A stretch of DNA of 59,505 nucleotides, the filler included, from Basidiobolus ranarum (Eukaryota), in NCBI GenBank assembly GCA_040143965.1. It is 5 parts of 5 records of this genome, joined end to end, with 100 filler letters (N's around TTAATTAATTAA, not from the genome) between each part and the next. Parts side by side here need not be neighbours in the genome. Positions count along the whole stretch, not along the records: positions 1 to 11,846 come from JASJQH010000583.1; 4 more parts are not named here. One strand, given 5' to 3'. The notes below the pieces were generated by a model, which saw nothing but the letters and a program-made list of their open reading frames with translations, was not told the DNA's origin and did no database searches. Of the stretch, positions 1 through 11,946 are shown piece after piece. Both the position numbers and the translations under genes were made by a program. Each line of letters starts with the position of its first letter. The stretch's first letter is position 1.

Positions 1-662
1 AGTAGTGCTGTTGTGGTGTTGTAATGCGTTGTCGCTCCTCGTTACATTGATCATCAAATAAAGTGAGAAATGTTGGTCATTTTGGGTATCTAAAAAGGGT
101 TTGAGTTGGAAAAAGAACAATTTAGGCAATGAAAGGAAATCACCGATTACAACTTTTCGGGTTACAATGTTTGAGCAACGCTCTTTCTTGGATCGCCTAT
201 ATTGATTACACTCAACTTTTTCAAATACAGTCGAACTTACCTCATAAGCTCAACGGTAGCCAATTAAAACACAATTAAATAAAACCTATATTTTCATGAC
301 ACAACTTGGGCATTAGCTCATCAATTTCCCAGCGGTTAGTAAGCTTACTTATGTTTGTTAAGAGTCTTGGGGTTAGGATATTTTGAATTTCAGCCATTTG
401 TTTTCAATAGATTACAACTTAAATCATCCATTTTATAAAAATACTGGTTTTAATTATCACTATTTATTTTGGTTTTGCCCCTTTGACCCTTATTTTAATT
501 TAATATCCTTAATTATTCTGAACCCCCCACCTCCAGCTTTAATTATTCAAAAGCTTAGTTCACGGAACAGTCCATCTTATAACCTCTCTCTACTCTCCAG
601 CTTCTGCAACATCCTCATACTATAGAACATCCTTACCCTAATCACATTGAGATAATCATATA

Positions 663-1609
663 ATGGCTGACGGAGAAGTTGCTGCTACTTTAAAATTACT
701 CTTAATTGGTAACTCAAGCGTTGGTAAATCTTCGATTTTATTACGCTTCACCGATGATACATTTTTACCTCAAGATGAGGTTAGCGCTACCATAGGTAAG
801 TTTTATTTCAAATTCCCGTTTGTTTCTTCGATTTTGCGCAAGTACTTATCTCGAATATAGGAGTTGATTTCAAAGTTAAAGTGTTGGAAGTTGATGAAAA
901 GAAGTATAAACTAACTATCTGGGTAAATCTATTTTCTTAAACAAGTATCTATGTCCGAGCATGTTTTATTCATTATTTTTGCTGTTAGGATACCGCTGGG
1001 CAAGAGCGTTTCCGTACTTTGACCTCTTCCTATTATCGTGGAGCACAAGGTGTTATATTAGGTACTTACTAAAATATACTGTTCTGAATTCGAAAGATTT
1101 GCAGTAATCCATTCTAATGTTTCTCTACTTTATCATTTAGTTTATGACGTTTCATCTCGAGAAACTTTTGAACAACTGGATCAATGGTTTACTGAATTAA
1201 ACACATACTGTTCTAGTAAAGATGTGGTCAAGATGATTGTAGGAAACAAAGTGGACAAGGTAGCTTTACATCGTTATCAGTGACTCACGTTCTATTGTCA
1301 CTCACTATAAATACGATATAGGAATCTTCTCGGGTTGTTAGCCGCAAAGAAGGAGCAGAGTATGCCAAAAAGATGCAAACTCTGTTTATCGAGTGCTCAG
1401 CTAAGACTAAAGTCGGTGTTCACCAAGCTGTAGAGGAGCTTGTACGCAAGGTAAACTCTCTACCTTGGGTTGTATTAACTCTTCTGAATTAACAGTATTC
1501 TATTTAGATCATTGATACACCCTCACTATGGCAGAAGCAGGCCCAGTCTACTGGGGTTAAGCTTAATGAAGGAAATAATGAAGATGACGCTGGCTATTGT
1601 GCTTGCTAA
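663..1609 (+). CDS. RAB18: Rab18-family small GTPase, 6 exons (663-795, 861-922, 989-1061, 1141-1259, 1322-1450, 1508-1609)
   Basis: Spliced by hand through five GT-AG introns. Motifs: GNSSVGKS P-loop, SATIGVDFKVK switch I, WDTAGQERFRTLTSSYYRGAQG, NKVD, ECSAK, C-terminal CAC prenylation motif. LLRFTDDTF and RTLTSSYYRGAQG are Rab18-type. Confidence 0.93.
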
Positions 1610-2150
1610 ACTTTCACTATGTACGCATTTTTATATTTGCCTCACGATTTCCAAGGTTTAGAATTACAGAACATTAATGGATACTATATCTCACCTCCAG
1701 AATAGTTATCTTAGTTTATCACGAGTTTTTATTTTACGAAAACCAATATTGTATACTAATACTAGCAATCGCCAAGTTCCCCTCGTTGTCCATTCACTAT
1801 GTTGGTGTAGTTGTTTCTTCACATACCATGGTTAATTTTCTTTACCTTTGTTTCGACTCATCAGTTCATCTTTGAAATTTTTATCAGCCATAAATCTTCA
1901 TATCAGTTCAAAGGCAAAGTACTTCAAACAATTCCCCGAGTTTATATTCAAAGTCAATGAGAGCAATCGTATCTTCGCATAATAAGTTCCCTTTTTCAAC
2001 TCTTATTCGGTAAGATACTGATTCATTCAACTTTGGTGTAACTAGATAGAGTAAGTATTGTATAGAGAACGAGAAAGGAGGTCATTGTCTAATCATATAG
2101 GGTATCTGGCCAGTCAAGATTTCGAAAAGGTGCTCAATAACCTACTATGA

Positions 2151-2200
2151 CTCCTCGTGCGAGCTGAGGAGGTTCTGAGTTCAATTCCCAGTGGAGTGCA
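2151..2200 (+). pseudogene. Degenerate tRNA-like 3' half (tRNA relic or tRNA-derived repeat)
   Basis: CCTCG-7nt-TGAGG stem, short variable loop AGGTT, T-arm CTGAG-TTCAATT-CCCAG (one mismatch), then TGGAGTGCA. No matching 5' acceptor strand or D-arm found upstream. Confidence 0.3.
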
Positions 2201-3028
2201 TGATTTTATTCGATATGACTATGTGGTAATAAATCAACCAAACCCATAGTTATTATTGAATGAGAATTGACTATTGCTATCATTACACTTGGATGAATTA
2301 CTCAGATGTAAACACGGAGTACATATCGAAAGGTTTCAAGGCCAAAGAGTGTCTCAACATGAAAGAGCCTATTCAAAGGTTTGAACATTGGATAGAGATA
2401 AAGACTTGCAGATGAAAGCACGTATTGCTATGTTTAGTAGTTAGCTCCGTAATTTAATGTACATTTGACCCAACTGATACTCTGACAATGAAACCAGTTT
2501 ACATGAATCAAGAGTCTGCTAGAATAGTAAATCAAGTCTACTTGTTGTAAGGAAATCATCATTTTGCAAGAACAATCAATACAAACAACGAGCCGACATT
2601 CTATTCTGACTAATTTATCTAAAGTCGATGAAGATAGGGAGAAAAGGTTACGCGAGAACCTCTTGTGTAGCTCAGGTGAATTTAGCCTTTCCCCATACAT
2701 CTCTACATCACCATAAATCGCGTGGATTTTGAAAATTGGAATTTTTTGTCAAAACATCCTTATTGTAAGTAAACGATTCAAACCATTTTAGAAATTAATA
2801 TTTTCAACCAAACTTTAGAGAAAGGTACTTTTCTTTTCTCCAATATTCGACTACGTGGTTTCCTAGCTGTTTCGTATTTCAGATATATAGTACAAGGTAT
2901 AAGTACGTGTCATCTCAGTCGGTTACTTTTTCTCATCTTGGTGGATTTCTCCTTTATAATACTAACATATTGCCTCGTTGACGTTCAATAGGTTCAACTT
3001 CACATCCTTTAAATTTACTTTTCAACAC

Positions 3029-3859
3029 ATGATCCCAATAAAACGCGTAACAAGATCGGCATCTGCTGCTGCTGCCATCGCTGGCACTACTGCTCCTATT
3101 GAGTCAGCACCTAAGAAAGCTAAAACCGAAACCAAAAAACAAGCGGAAACTAAGACAGTTAAGAATAGCAAAACCACTTCAACAAAGGCCAAAAATGATA
3201 CTCAAACACGTAAAACTCGTACCGCAAAGGTTGAGCCCAAAGTAGAAAAATCATCTGTTGATAAAGGTTTAACTGAAAGTTCAACACTTGATAGTTCCGT
3301 TATCGCCAAAACCCCTGAGAGCCAACCTAATAAAACTCGGGCTGCTCGTTCCGCTGGTGAAGTCAAGAAAACTGAAGAATCAAGTGAACCTAGTAAACCA
3401 GAGATTATCGCTGAAGGATCTTATTTACCAGATGATTTGGATTCAGTATTAACTGACGCTGGAGAAGAGGTGAAACTTCAAGAACTCGTCAAGTCCAATG
3501 GACTGGTTATTTTCTTTTATCCCCGAGCCAATACACCTGGATGTACAGTCCAAGCATGTGGATTTAGAGATCGTTTGCCAGAGGCTACATCTGAGGGATA
3601 TGAAGTATATGGGATGTCCGCAGATTCACCCAAAGCCCAAACTACCTGGAAAAACAAACATAAACTAGGATATACGTTATTATGCGATCCGGAATATAAA
3701 GTACTGAAGCGCCTGGGGGTTATGAAGCAACCAAAAGGGATCAAGAGAAGTCACATAGTAATTGAGAAAGGAGGTAAAATCAAGAGTTTGAAAATACAAA
3801 TAAGTCCAAAGCCAAGTGTTGAACAAGCTCTTGCTACGGTAACCGAAAATTCAGAATAA
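3029..3859 (+). CDS. DOT5: Peroxiredoxin Q/BCP family (Dot5-like) with basic low-complexity N-terminal extension
   Basis: FFYPRANTPGCTVQACGFRD (PxxxTxxCxxxxC), GMSADS, LLCDP, RSHIVI. Lys/Thr-rich N-terminus with NLS-like PKKAK. First ATG is at 3029; the ORF track starts at an upstream TTG. Confidence 0.9.
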   Translation: MIPIKRVTRSASAAAAIAGTTAPIESAPKKAKTETKKQAETKTVKNSKTTSTKAKNDTQTRKTRTAKVEPKVEKSSVDKGLTESSTLDSSVIAKTPESQPNKTRAARSAGEVKKTEESSEPSKPEIIAEGSYLPDDLDSVLTDAGEEVKLQELVKSNGLVIFFYPRANTPGCTVQACGFRDRLPEATSEGYEVYGMSADSPKAQTTWKNKHKLGYTLLCDPEYKVLKRLGVMKQPKGIKRSHIVIEKGGKIKSLKIQISPKPSVEQALATVTENSE

Positions 3860-4381
3860 TTCACTTTCTCCGCGAACAAGATCAATTTGCTTTTTAAATA
3901 TGTTTATGAATATTTGTACGACATGGCATCCCATGCCTTTCCAATTTAGATAACTATGTTTCTTTTGCTTCTTTTAAGCTAGTACAAAGTGTTATTCTTG
4001 AAGCTTAATTAACAAATGTAAAGTCGTTCTTTTTCATGTATGAAATGATATTAAAAGATATATATACACCCCCTTCTCCTTCAAACATTCTTTAAAGGTA
4101 CTTTTAGTAACTTCCATAGAGCGTAGATTTGGAAATTAAAGTCTGTTCTTTGACCTATATATATATATTCATATCAATAACAGTATAGATCAAATGAAAT
4201 ATTGGTTGAGAAGAAAGATGAAAAGGAATTGAATAGTAAGGAGTTTTGTTTAGTCAGGATATATTTCAGCTTGATTCATACGAAAGAGTTGTGAAGTATC
4301 ATTAGGGAAAATATGATTCATTTTAACAATCTTTCGAACATGAAACAAAAATTATATGACCGAAATATTGTATATATGCAC

Positions 4382-4732
4382 TTACTGAACAACTCGGCCA
4401 ACAGTGTTATATCTTTTGGAGAAAAAGTCGTACCACTTATCTAGTGTTTGGATTTCCTCTTCAGAAAGTCCTTCTATATTGGCAACGCAATCTTCTGGCT
4501 TGAGAGAAGAAGTGGCAAGTGCACGAGAAGCATCTTTACCAGTGAAAATATGGTAACCTGTGCCTGGTCCGTACATCTCTTTTCTAGAAGTTACATCAAA
4601 AACTACACCTTTAACGGCTAAATAAATTGGAGCTTCAGGTTCACTACCATCATATTTCTTCAACTCTTCTAGAGTATAGGGAGTATCCAAAGGAGGGGCC
4701 AATTGAGGTAATTCTTTGTTGTTTCCAAACAT
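4382..4732 (-). CDS. Cytochrome b5-like heme/steroid-binding protein (MAPR/Dap1/neudesin family), no N-terminal membrane anchor
   Basis: YTLEELKKYDG, IYLAVKGVVFDVT, YGPGTGY, FTGKDASRAL, W..FF..RY.VG motifs. Confidence 0.9.
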   Translation of the reverse strand: MFGNNKELPQLAPPLDTPYTLEELKKYDGSEPEAPIYLAVKGVVFDVTSRKEMYGPGTGYHIFTGKDASRALATSSLKPEDCVANIEGLSEEEIQTLDKWYDFFSKRYNTVGRVVQ

Positions 4733-5045
4733 TGTCTTCAGAGAATAAAGAAGTATTCGGAAATATTTGTGGCTTATTTAATTTTAGGATTCATGATGAT
4801 GGCCAAAGTGTTGGGGCAATAATTCATTGGTCTACTGATCTAATGGTTGTTCAGTTTCCTATATCGAATATGGATTTATATAACAACAATAGTTATTACG
4901 TAAGCTTAAATTAGATGTTCAATGAGTGCAAACTTGGATAAAAGAAAATGCTAGTTTATATAGTGAAGCGTATGAGTTTTATGATAGTGGGGTGTATATA
5001 CATGCTGGCTCAAAAGAATCAATGTAAATGCCAGGTCTACTGGCA

Positions 5046-8000
5046 TCAATGGCCATCCATTTCATCATAAACGCTTGGATGGTGGGCGCTAATATAATCT
5101 AACATTAATTTGACATCTTCATGTCGCCCTCTAGACCGAAGCTGACTGATTAAAGTCATGGATAGTTTATAATTTGGAACTATCTTCAACTCCTCAAGTT
5201 CATGTGTAAATAAATGTTTGGCATCATAAATAGCATCATGTCGACACAACCCTTCAATGAATGAAGCACAGTTGTTGGCGCTAAGAGGAAACTTGCTGGC
5301 TTTCAGCGAGTTCCAAGTGGCTTTAAGCGCAGAAACATCCATGTTGATTCCACACGAGTCCAGAAGTACTGAGACGTGACTATCCAATAGGCTAGAATCA
5401 TATCGTTCCTTTGCTTGCTCCCAGAGTTCCATGACTTTATCGTTGCACTTGAGAAAGCTGTAGCAGTTCATAATAATAGCATACGTATAGTGATTAGGCT
5501 CAACTAAGAGCTGTTGCATCTGTTGATAATACTCGAGAGCTTGCGATATTTGGTAGCTTTTAAGATGGCCGTCAATCAAAGAGTTGAACGTTTCAACAGT
5601 TGGTTGGATATTCTCATCAATCATTTGCTTGTAAAACTCTAAGGCCTTGGTCATTCCAGAATGCTTGATGTAAGTATCAATCAGAGTATTATAAGTAAAA
5701 ACATTTGCTTTCAAATCGTAGTTCTTCAGAGAGTCATATATCTGATGAGCTTTCGGCAAATCCCCGTTTTTACCGTAGATATTGAGTAGCGTATTGAAAG
5801 TGACTACATCAGGCGCTAAGTGTGAATCGGCCAGACTATGATAGAGCGTCTCCATACGAGTAATGTTACCTGACTTCCCATACATGTTGATAAGAATATT
5901 ATATATGTTGATGTTGGGTGAAATATTATAGTCAGCCATTTGATCAAATACTTGAGAAGCTGTTTCAACTTGATCACAGCTGGCCAGAGTATTGATAAGA
6001 GACGTAAACAAGGCAATGTCTGGCTTTACTTTCCGCTTATGCATATCTTCGTATAGAGCTAAAGCTTGATCTACTGACCTATTTCTGAAGCAGCCTTCGA
6101 TGAGAGATGTATATGTCACAACATCTGGATGGATATTCTGGCATACCATATCATCAAAGATGCGTTTTGCCTCTGTCGATTTTGACTTCTTGGAGTATGC
6201 ACTAATCAACGTATTGCAAGTGATAATGTCAGCTGAAATGTTACAAGCGAGCATTTCGCGATACAACTCCACTGCCTTGGAAAGCCCATTGTTTTTGCAA
6301 TACACATCAATCAAGGTGTTATATGTGACCGCGTCAGGTTTGAGGTTGCTTGTCTTCATATCTTGCAACACCGTGACAGCACTGTCCATAGCCGAATTCT
6401 TTGCATATGCGTGGATCAATATGTTGAAGGAAACAGCATCTGGAGTTATTCCTTTTCCAAGCATCTCCGAATATATGTTCTTGACTTGATCTATATCGGA
6501 GGCCTTAGAGTATCCATTTAACAGTGTGTTGAATGTAATCAAGTTTGGTTCAATTTCTCTTTGAACCATATGAACATACATCTTATGCGCAAGATCTGGC
6601 TTCGATTCTTTTACGTAAGCATTCATGAGAGTGTTGTAAGTGATTGCATCAGGATCTATATTGTGTTCAAGCATCTCATTGAACAACAATTCAACCTTTT
6701 TCAGGTCAGAGTTCTTGGCATAGCAGTCCAACAGCTGAGTATATGTGTACACTTTGGATGCTATATTCTCACCTGTTACGTTGTGATGGACGTAGGAAAT
6801 CAAGTCCATATCTTTATGGATCTTAGCGATTGAAAGCAATATGTTGAGCGATGAAACATCTAAACTCAAGCCGCACTCTCGAGCCCATCTATAAAGAGTT
6901 AAGGCTTCACTAGAATTCCTTTTTCCTACACTTGATAACATCTCATTAATGCTAGGGAGGAATTTTTTAGATCCATCTCTCCATGCTTTTCTTGTTAATT
7001 CTTGTATTTGATCTAAGGATTTGTGCTGAATACCGAAAGCTAGAATCCCTCTCAATTGTTGGTTTGTTCGAATTGGCGCCTTCTTCTCCTTCAAATGAGT
7101 GAGCACCTCCATTCCTTGTTCATAATTGACCTCTACATGATCTTCGCTTAGTCCGTAAAGATATTCACATGATTCGTCGGTAAGGTAGCTAGATTCAGAT
7201 AGGGATCTTTTCAGTATGGTCCATACTTGATGAGCTTTCTGAGCCCCACATTCTTGTAGCGCTACATTCAAGATGGGTAATTTCCATTTATGAAAAGAGT
7301 AAGCTATTGACTCGGTGACTAGCCTTCCAGAAACCATGTTACGGCAGACGTCTATAGTTTTCCCTCTATCTCCAGCTGTACAATACAAATCAAGAAGAAT
7401 TTTGTACGTAAAGGTATTAGGTTCAAGCCCTCTGTGAACTATCTTGGTGTATACTCTCCAGGCCGAGTTGTAATCTTTGCTTTTAGCGTGGATTTGAAGT
7501 AGTGCATTGTAAGTAATGACATCGGGAGTTATGTTTCGGCTAAGCATTCCATCAAATAGTTTTTGTACTGTTTTGAGATCTCCTTCTTTGGCATACGCAT
7601 TAAGTAATATATTATACGTTATGGTATCTGGTGAATTGTTTCCCGATAGCATGGTTCTAAATAGCGAGAGGCCTTCTTGATGTTGAGAATTCCTACAATA
7701 CATGTTAATTAGGATATTAAACGTAGTTGCATTGGGATTGATCTTATGTGTCGGCATCTCCTCAAAGAGTTTAATTGCTTGGTCCTTATTCGAGCTTTTG
7801 ACTAATCCGTCGAGGAGTGTATTGAAAGTAATAACATTAGGGGATATACCATGTTGACTTAGGGTATTATACATTGCAAACGCTTTAGATATCTCCATGC
7901 GCTTTACATACGCATTGAGAAGAATATTAAACGTAATTATGTCAGGCGAAAGTTTTCGAGCACCCATCTCTTGATACAGTGCAAAAGCCTGATCTAGTTG

Positions 8001-8549
8001 TTGGTTCTTAGCATAAGCATCGATGAGAGCACTGTACATCACCGTATTGGGCTCATCGATTTCCCGGGACATTTCTTCATGTAACTTTTTAAGTATAGGA
8101 ACGTTTTTATGGTTTTTACAAGCCTTGAAAAGGGTACTATAAGTAGCTAGGTCAGGCTTCAAACCTTCCTCCATTAGAATTTGATATGTATCATACGCTT
8201 TCCGTAAGTTATTCTTTGCAATCTCATCCAACAATCTGTTTGTCGGTTTCCATATAATATCTGACTGAAATTGCTTCAACTCGCGAATATGTATCCGAAT
8301 TTGATTTGAATTTCCTAGCTTAACTTGAAGATATAGGTTTCGAAGGTGGTTTTCTAATGCTTTTTCGGTGGTATCTAGACTACTGATGGGAGGTTGAGCT
8401 ATAGTAGGTGTGGTGAAAGTTTGAAAAAAGCGGAATTCATTCGTCCTATTAGGAGTTAAAAGTATATGCTTCCCGGCATTCCGACCACTCGCACTATTTG
8501 ACAAGAAATAGTTCTTTTGTATTGTAAATTTTCCAAATGCTACAAACAT
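5046..8549 (-). CDS. Large P-class pentatricopeptide repeat (PPR) protein, probably mitochondrial RNA-binding
   Basis: Single 1167-aa ORF with about 21 35-aa repeats (e.g. PDVITYNALLQIHAK, PDAVTYNTLIDVYCK) in two arrays separated by a degenerate helical region. N-terminus is basic and acid-poor, like a presequence. Confidence 0.93.
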   Translation of the reverse strand: MFVAFGKFTIQKNYFLSNSASGRNAGKHILLTPNRTNEFRFFQTFTTPTIAQPPISSLDTTEKALENHLRNLYLQVKLGNSNQIRIHIRELKQFQSDIIWKPTNRLLDEIAKNNLRKAYDTYQILMEEGLKPDLATYSTLFKACKNHKNVPILKKLHEEMSREIDEPNTVMYSALIDAYAKNQQLDQAFALYQEMGARKLSPDIITFNILLNAYVKRMEISKAFAMYNTLSQHGISPNVITFNTLLDGLVKSSNKDQAIKLFEEMPTHKINPNATTFNILINMYCRNSQHQEGLSLFRTMLSGNNSPDTITYNILLNAYAKEGDLKTVQKLFDGMLSRNITPDVITYNALLQIHAKSKDYNSAWRVYTKIVHRGLEPNTFTYKILLDLYCTAGDRGKTIDVCRNMVSGRLVTESIAYSFHKWKLPILNVALQECGAQKAHQVWTILKRSLSESSYLTDESCEYLYGLSEDHVEVNYEQGMEVLTHLKEKKAPIRTNQQLRGILAFGIQHKSLDQIQELTRKAWRDGSKKFLPSINEMLSSVGKRNSSEALTLYRWARECGLSLDVSSLNILLSIAKIHKDMDLISYVHHNVTGENIASKVYTYTQLLDCYAKNSDLKKVELLFNEMLEHNIDPDAITYNTLMNAYVKESKPDLAHKMYVHMVQREIEPNLITFNTLLNGYSKASDIDQVKNIYSEMLGKGITPDAVSFNILIHAYAKNSAMDSAVTVLQDMKTSNLKPDAVTYNTLIDVYCKNNGLSKAVELYREMLACNISADIITCNTLISAYSKKSKSTEAKRIFDDMVCQNIHPDVVTYTSLIEGCFRNRSVDQALALYEDMHKRKVKPDIALFTSLINTLASCDQVETASQVFDQMADYNISPNINIYNILINMYGKSGNITRMETLYHSLADSHLAPDVVTFNTLLNIYGKNGDLPKAHQIYDSLKNYDLKANVFTYNTLIDTYIKHSGMTKALEFYKQMIDENIQPTVETFNSLIDGHLKSYQISQALEYYQQMQQLLVEPNHYTYAIIMNCYSFLKCNDKVMELWEQAKERYDSSLLDSHVSVLLDSCGINMDVSALKATWNSLKASKFPLSANNCASFIEGLCRHDAIYDAKHLFTHELEELKIVPNYKLSMTLISQLRSRGRHEDVKLMLDYISAHHPSVYDEMDGH

Positions 8550-9649
8550 GCCTAGAAACCAATGCTGTCAAGTAATCCATAGAATGGTTATATAAATATG
8601 ATGGGGCATAAGATACATAGCAGTCACTAATATTCCACTTCGAACTAAAACAAAAATTTTCTTTGATCAAACTAGGTGCAATATGAATATAGGCTTAGCA
8701 TTTCTCTAACATCGCAATCAAAATCAATGTGCTTACTATTAGTAAATCATACTATTTGAGATTATACACATTTTCAGTTGAAAAGTGAAATGTAAGTGCT
8801 GATTTATCTCAGTGTATTGAACTTGAAAATAGAATCTTAAAAGTGATCGAAAATAAAATAATTCAAGTCATTTCTGTCTAAGCGCAGTGTGATTATACTC
8901 AGTAGACTTTATAGAGCCAGTAGACAGAGTATTGCTGCAAGTTAAATTACCACTCTTCTCTCGGCAAAGTCATACTTCCAAATGTTAACGCGGGAGGTAT
9001 TTACCATGCATATTAAATTTATGTAAAATATTCAAGCCAAGTTCTAGTTCATGTTTCGCATAAATTAGGAAACTCTGCTCTTAACCCGGTCACGCTTATA
9101 ATTCAATAGGATAGCGCAGTTGTTGCTGGAGTAAGATATAGATACTCAATAATTTTTTTGGCTCATGTCTTAGCCAAGTGTGTATGGGAGACTCTTAGGG
9201 TTGAAAATCTCGCAGTATAATCTTAGAATGCTGCTGAAAAAATCATTTGATGATACTAAGATTTAGAGTGTGTGAAGAAAAACAGTTGATTATTAATTGA
9301 AGATCTATTTTTATTTGGGAAAATTTACCTAAACAATAACATTCTGGTCGCCTTGAAATTATCACTGATAATTGTTATTTTGCATAGTTTTTTCCAGTAA
9401 CTCCGGCATCTTCTAGTCAAAATTCAATATACTGGACCCGTGTCAAAAGTATCACTATGCGGGATCAAAATATCGCAGAATCATCTCATCGAAATACTAT
9501 TTTAATCCTCGAAGTTGGCAACAAGGAAACTTTGCTTCTTGCCTCGCGATTTTACACCACGCGTTTCTAGACATCTTTGATCTATTCAAATTAGTGTCTT
9601 GCCGAAAATATCAGTTACCGAATAAACACTTATACTAAGCCTCACATTA

Positions 9650-11846
9650 ATGGACGAAGAATTCTTTACAGGTAGAGCAATCAAACAAGTTTTCACTTTT
9701 AACCTGAGAATTGGTTTGTTAATTTCCATTTACATAGAATATGGAGAGGAGGGCGAGGAAGAAGAATTGGAAGAGATCACCCAGGAAGATTGCTGGGCTG
9801 TTATCACTTCTTTTTTCGAAGATAAGGGTTTAGTTCGCCAACAACTGGATTCATTCGATGAATTCATCCAAAACACCATTCAGGAAATTGTAGATGAAAG
9901 TTCCAATATGGTTTTACAAACTACCACACAACATAGTGCTCATGGTGGTGAAGTTGCGGTGAGTTTAAATATATCAAAGCTTATTTTTTTCTTTTACTGA
10001 GCTCAGATTGTCTTACTTTAAATAGAAACGTTTCCATATTCATTTCGGTCAAATCTATCTATCCAAACCCACAATGACAGAATCTGATGGTAGTACTCAA
10101 TCAATGTACCCACAGGAAGCACGTCTACGTAATTTGACGTACGTTGAATTCAAATGCTTCGAAGGACTTTGTATTTGTCTTCTAACCGACCTTAAACAGG
10201 TATGCTGCTCCGCTGTATGTTGATATGCGAAAGCAAGTGCTCATTGGGGATCCCAATGATCCTAGAAATCGCGACAACACCAACTTTAATGACTGGCATA
10301 TGGTGGAGGATCGTACAGATCGTGACAGTGGAAACTTTACGAAAGTCTTTATTGGAAAAGTAAGCTAGATATGAGTAAACTATTTAATGGTTAATATGAC
10401 TTACAACCTAGTATTATGTTTAGGTGCCCATTATGTTAAGATCAACGTTCTGTATCTTATCTGGTCTTGAGGATAAAGATTTACATGAACTCAATGAGTG
10501 CCCTTATGATCAAGTTAGTTTTCGCTATTTTAATGCGTTTACTTTCACGCAATTCATGGTGTTTTTTCTAATCAATACTACAATTTTTTTGTTTCTAGGG
10601 TGGTTACTTTGTCATCAATGGTTCCGAGAAGGTACTTATTGCACAGGAGAGAATGGCCTCTAATACTGTATATGTGTTCTCAAAAACACCACCATCCCCA
10701 TACTCCTTCACAGCAGAAATTCGAAGTGTTGCTGAAAAGGGATCAAAGAATGCCAGTCCTTTATTTTTGAAAATGTTGGCTAGAGGAGGAGACAAAGGGG
10801 TAACAACCAGATTTTTTTCCTGTTTGATTTTATTGAATCAATTACTAATACACGCTCTCAATAGAACTCTGGCCAGTATATCAGAGCAACTTTACCTTAT
10901 ATTCGTCAAGACGTTCCTATCGTTGTGGTCTTCCGTGCTCTGGGTCTTGTAGCAGATCGTGATATTTTGGAGCATATCTGCTATGATCAGCAAGATTATG
11001 CTATGCTAGAACTTCTTAAGCCATGTATTGAAGAAGCATTTGTTATTCAAGAGCAACATGTAAATATAGTTATGCTGAAGAGCTATTAAGCTGGTGTCTA
11101 ATATTTGTATTCTCTTTAGGTCGCTTTGGATTACATTGGCAAACGTGGTACTACAGTTGGTATCAACAAAGACAAGCGTATCAAGTATACTTCTTCCATA
11201 GATATTTTTACTGGTACAATTATACTTACAGTATTCTATTGCTAGATACGCTACGGAGATTCTTCAAAAGGAATTTCTTCCACATGTTGCCACAGAAGCG
11301 CACACTGAAACCAAGAAAGCTTACTTCTTTGGTTACATGGTTCACAGACTTCTTCTCGCTGCTCTTGAAAGACGTGATTTGGATGATCGTGATCACTACG
11401 GAAAGAAGAGAATGGATCTTGCCGGTCCTCTCCTTGCCATGTTGTTCCGAATGCTTTTCAGAAAACTCACTAAAGACGTTGGAAGATATCTTCAAAAATG
11501 CATCGACTCTAATCGTGAGTTTAATCTTACTCTTGCTGTTAAATCCAACACTATTACCAATGGATTGAAGTATTCGCTTGCTACCGGTAATTGGGGTGAT
11601 CAGAAGAAAGCTATGCAGGCTAGAGCTGGTGTTTCACAGGTGTTAAATAGATATACATTTGCATCTACTCTTTCTCATTTGAGAAGATGTAACACTCCTA
11701 TTGGACGTGATGGTAAAATCGCCAAACCTCGTCAGTTACATAATACCCATTGGGGTATGGTATGTCCAGCAGAAACTCCTGAAGGTGAAGCTTGTGGTCT
11801 TGTAAAGACTCTTGCTCTCATGTCATACATTTCGGTAGTAGCCCCA
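9650..11846 (+). CDS. RPB2: RNA polymerase II second-largest subunit, 5' portion, multi-exon, truncated at contig end
   Basis: [112 protein letters not shown]. Confidence 0.97.
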
Positions 11847-11946
11847 NNNNNNNNNNNNNNNNNNNNNNNNNNNNNNNNNNNNNNNNNNNNTTAATTAATT
11901 AANNNNNNNNNNNNNNNNNNNNNNNNNNNNNNNNNNNNNNNNNNNN
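11847..11946. other. Artificial contig spacer (N44-TTAATTAATTAA-N44)
   Basis: 100-nt linker with stops in all six frames, identical at all four junctions. Confidence 0.98.

Noticed and set aside
5816-6833. Short alternative-frame and antisense ORFs within the PPR gene (similar ones occur in the NRPS, IRE1, chitin synthase and SLX4-like genes)
   Set aside because: Shadow ORFs of long coding regions with no motifs.
11780-11846. Unusual RPB2 residues ([16 protein letters not shown] versus the usual GQACGLVKNL..ISVGS)
   Set aside because: Confined to the last ~70 nt of a contig, where base errors are likely; not evidence for a divergent polymerase.
11891-11902. TTAATTAATTAA recurring about every 11.9 kb, resembling a periodic motif, PacI site or piggyBac TTAA target
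   Set aside because: Always embedded in N44 on both sides; it is an artificial six-frame-stop linker.
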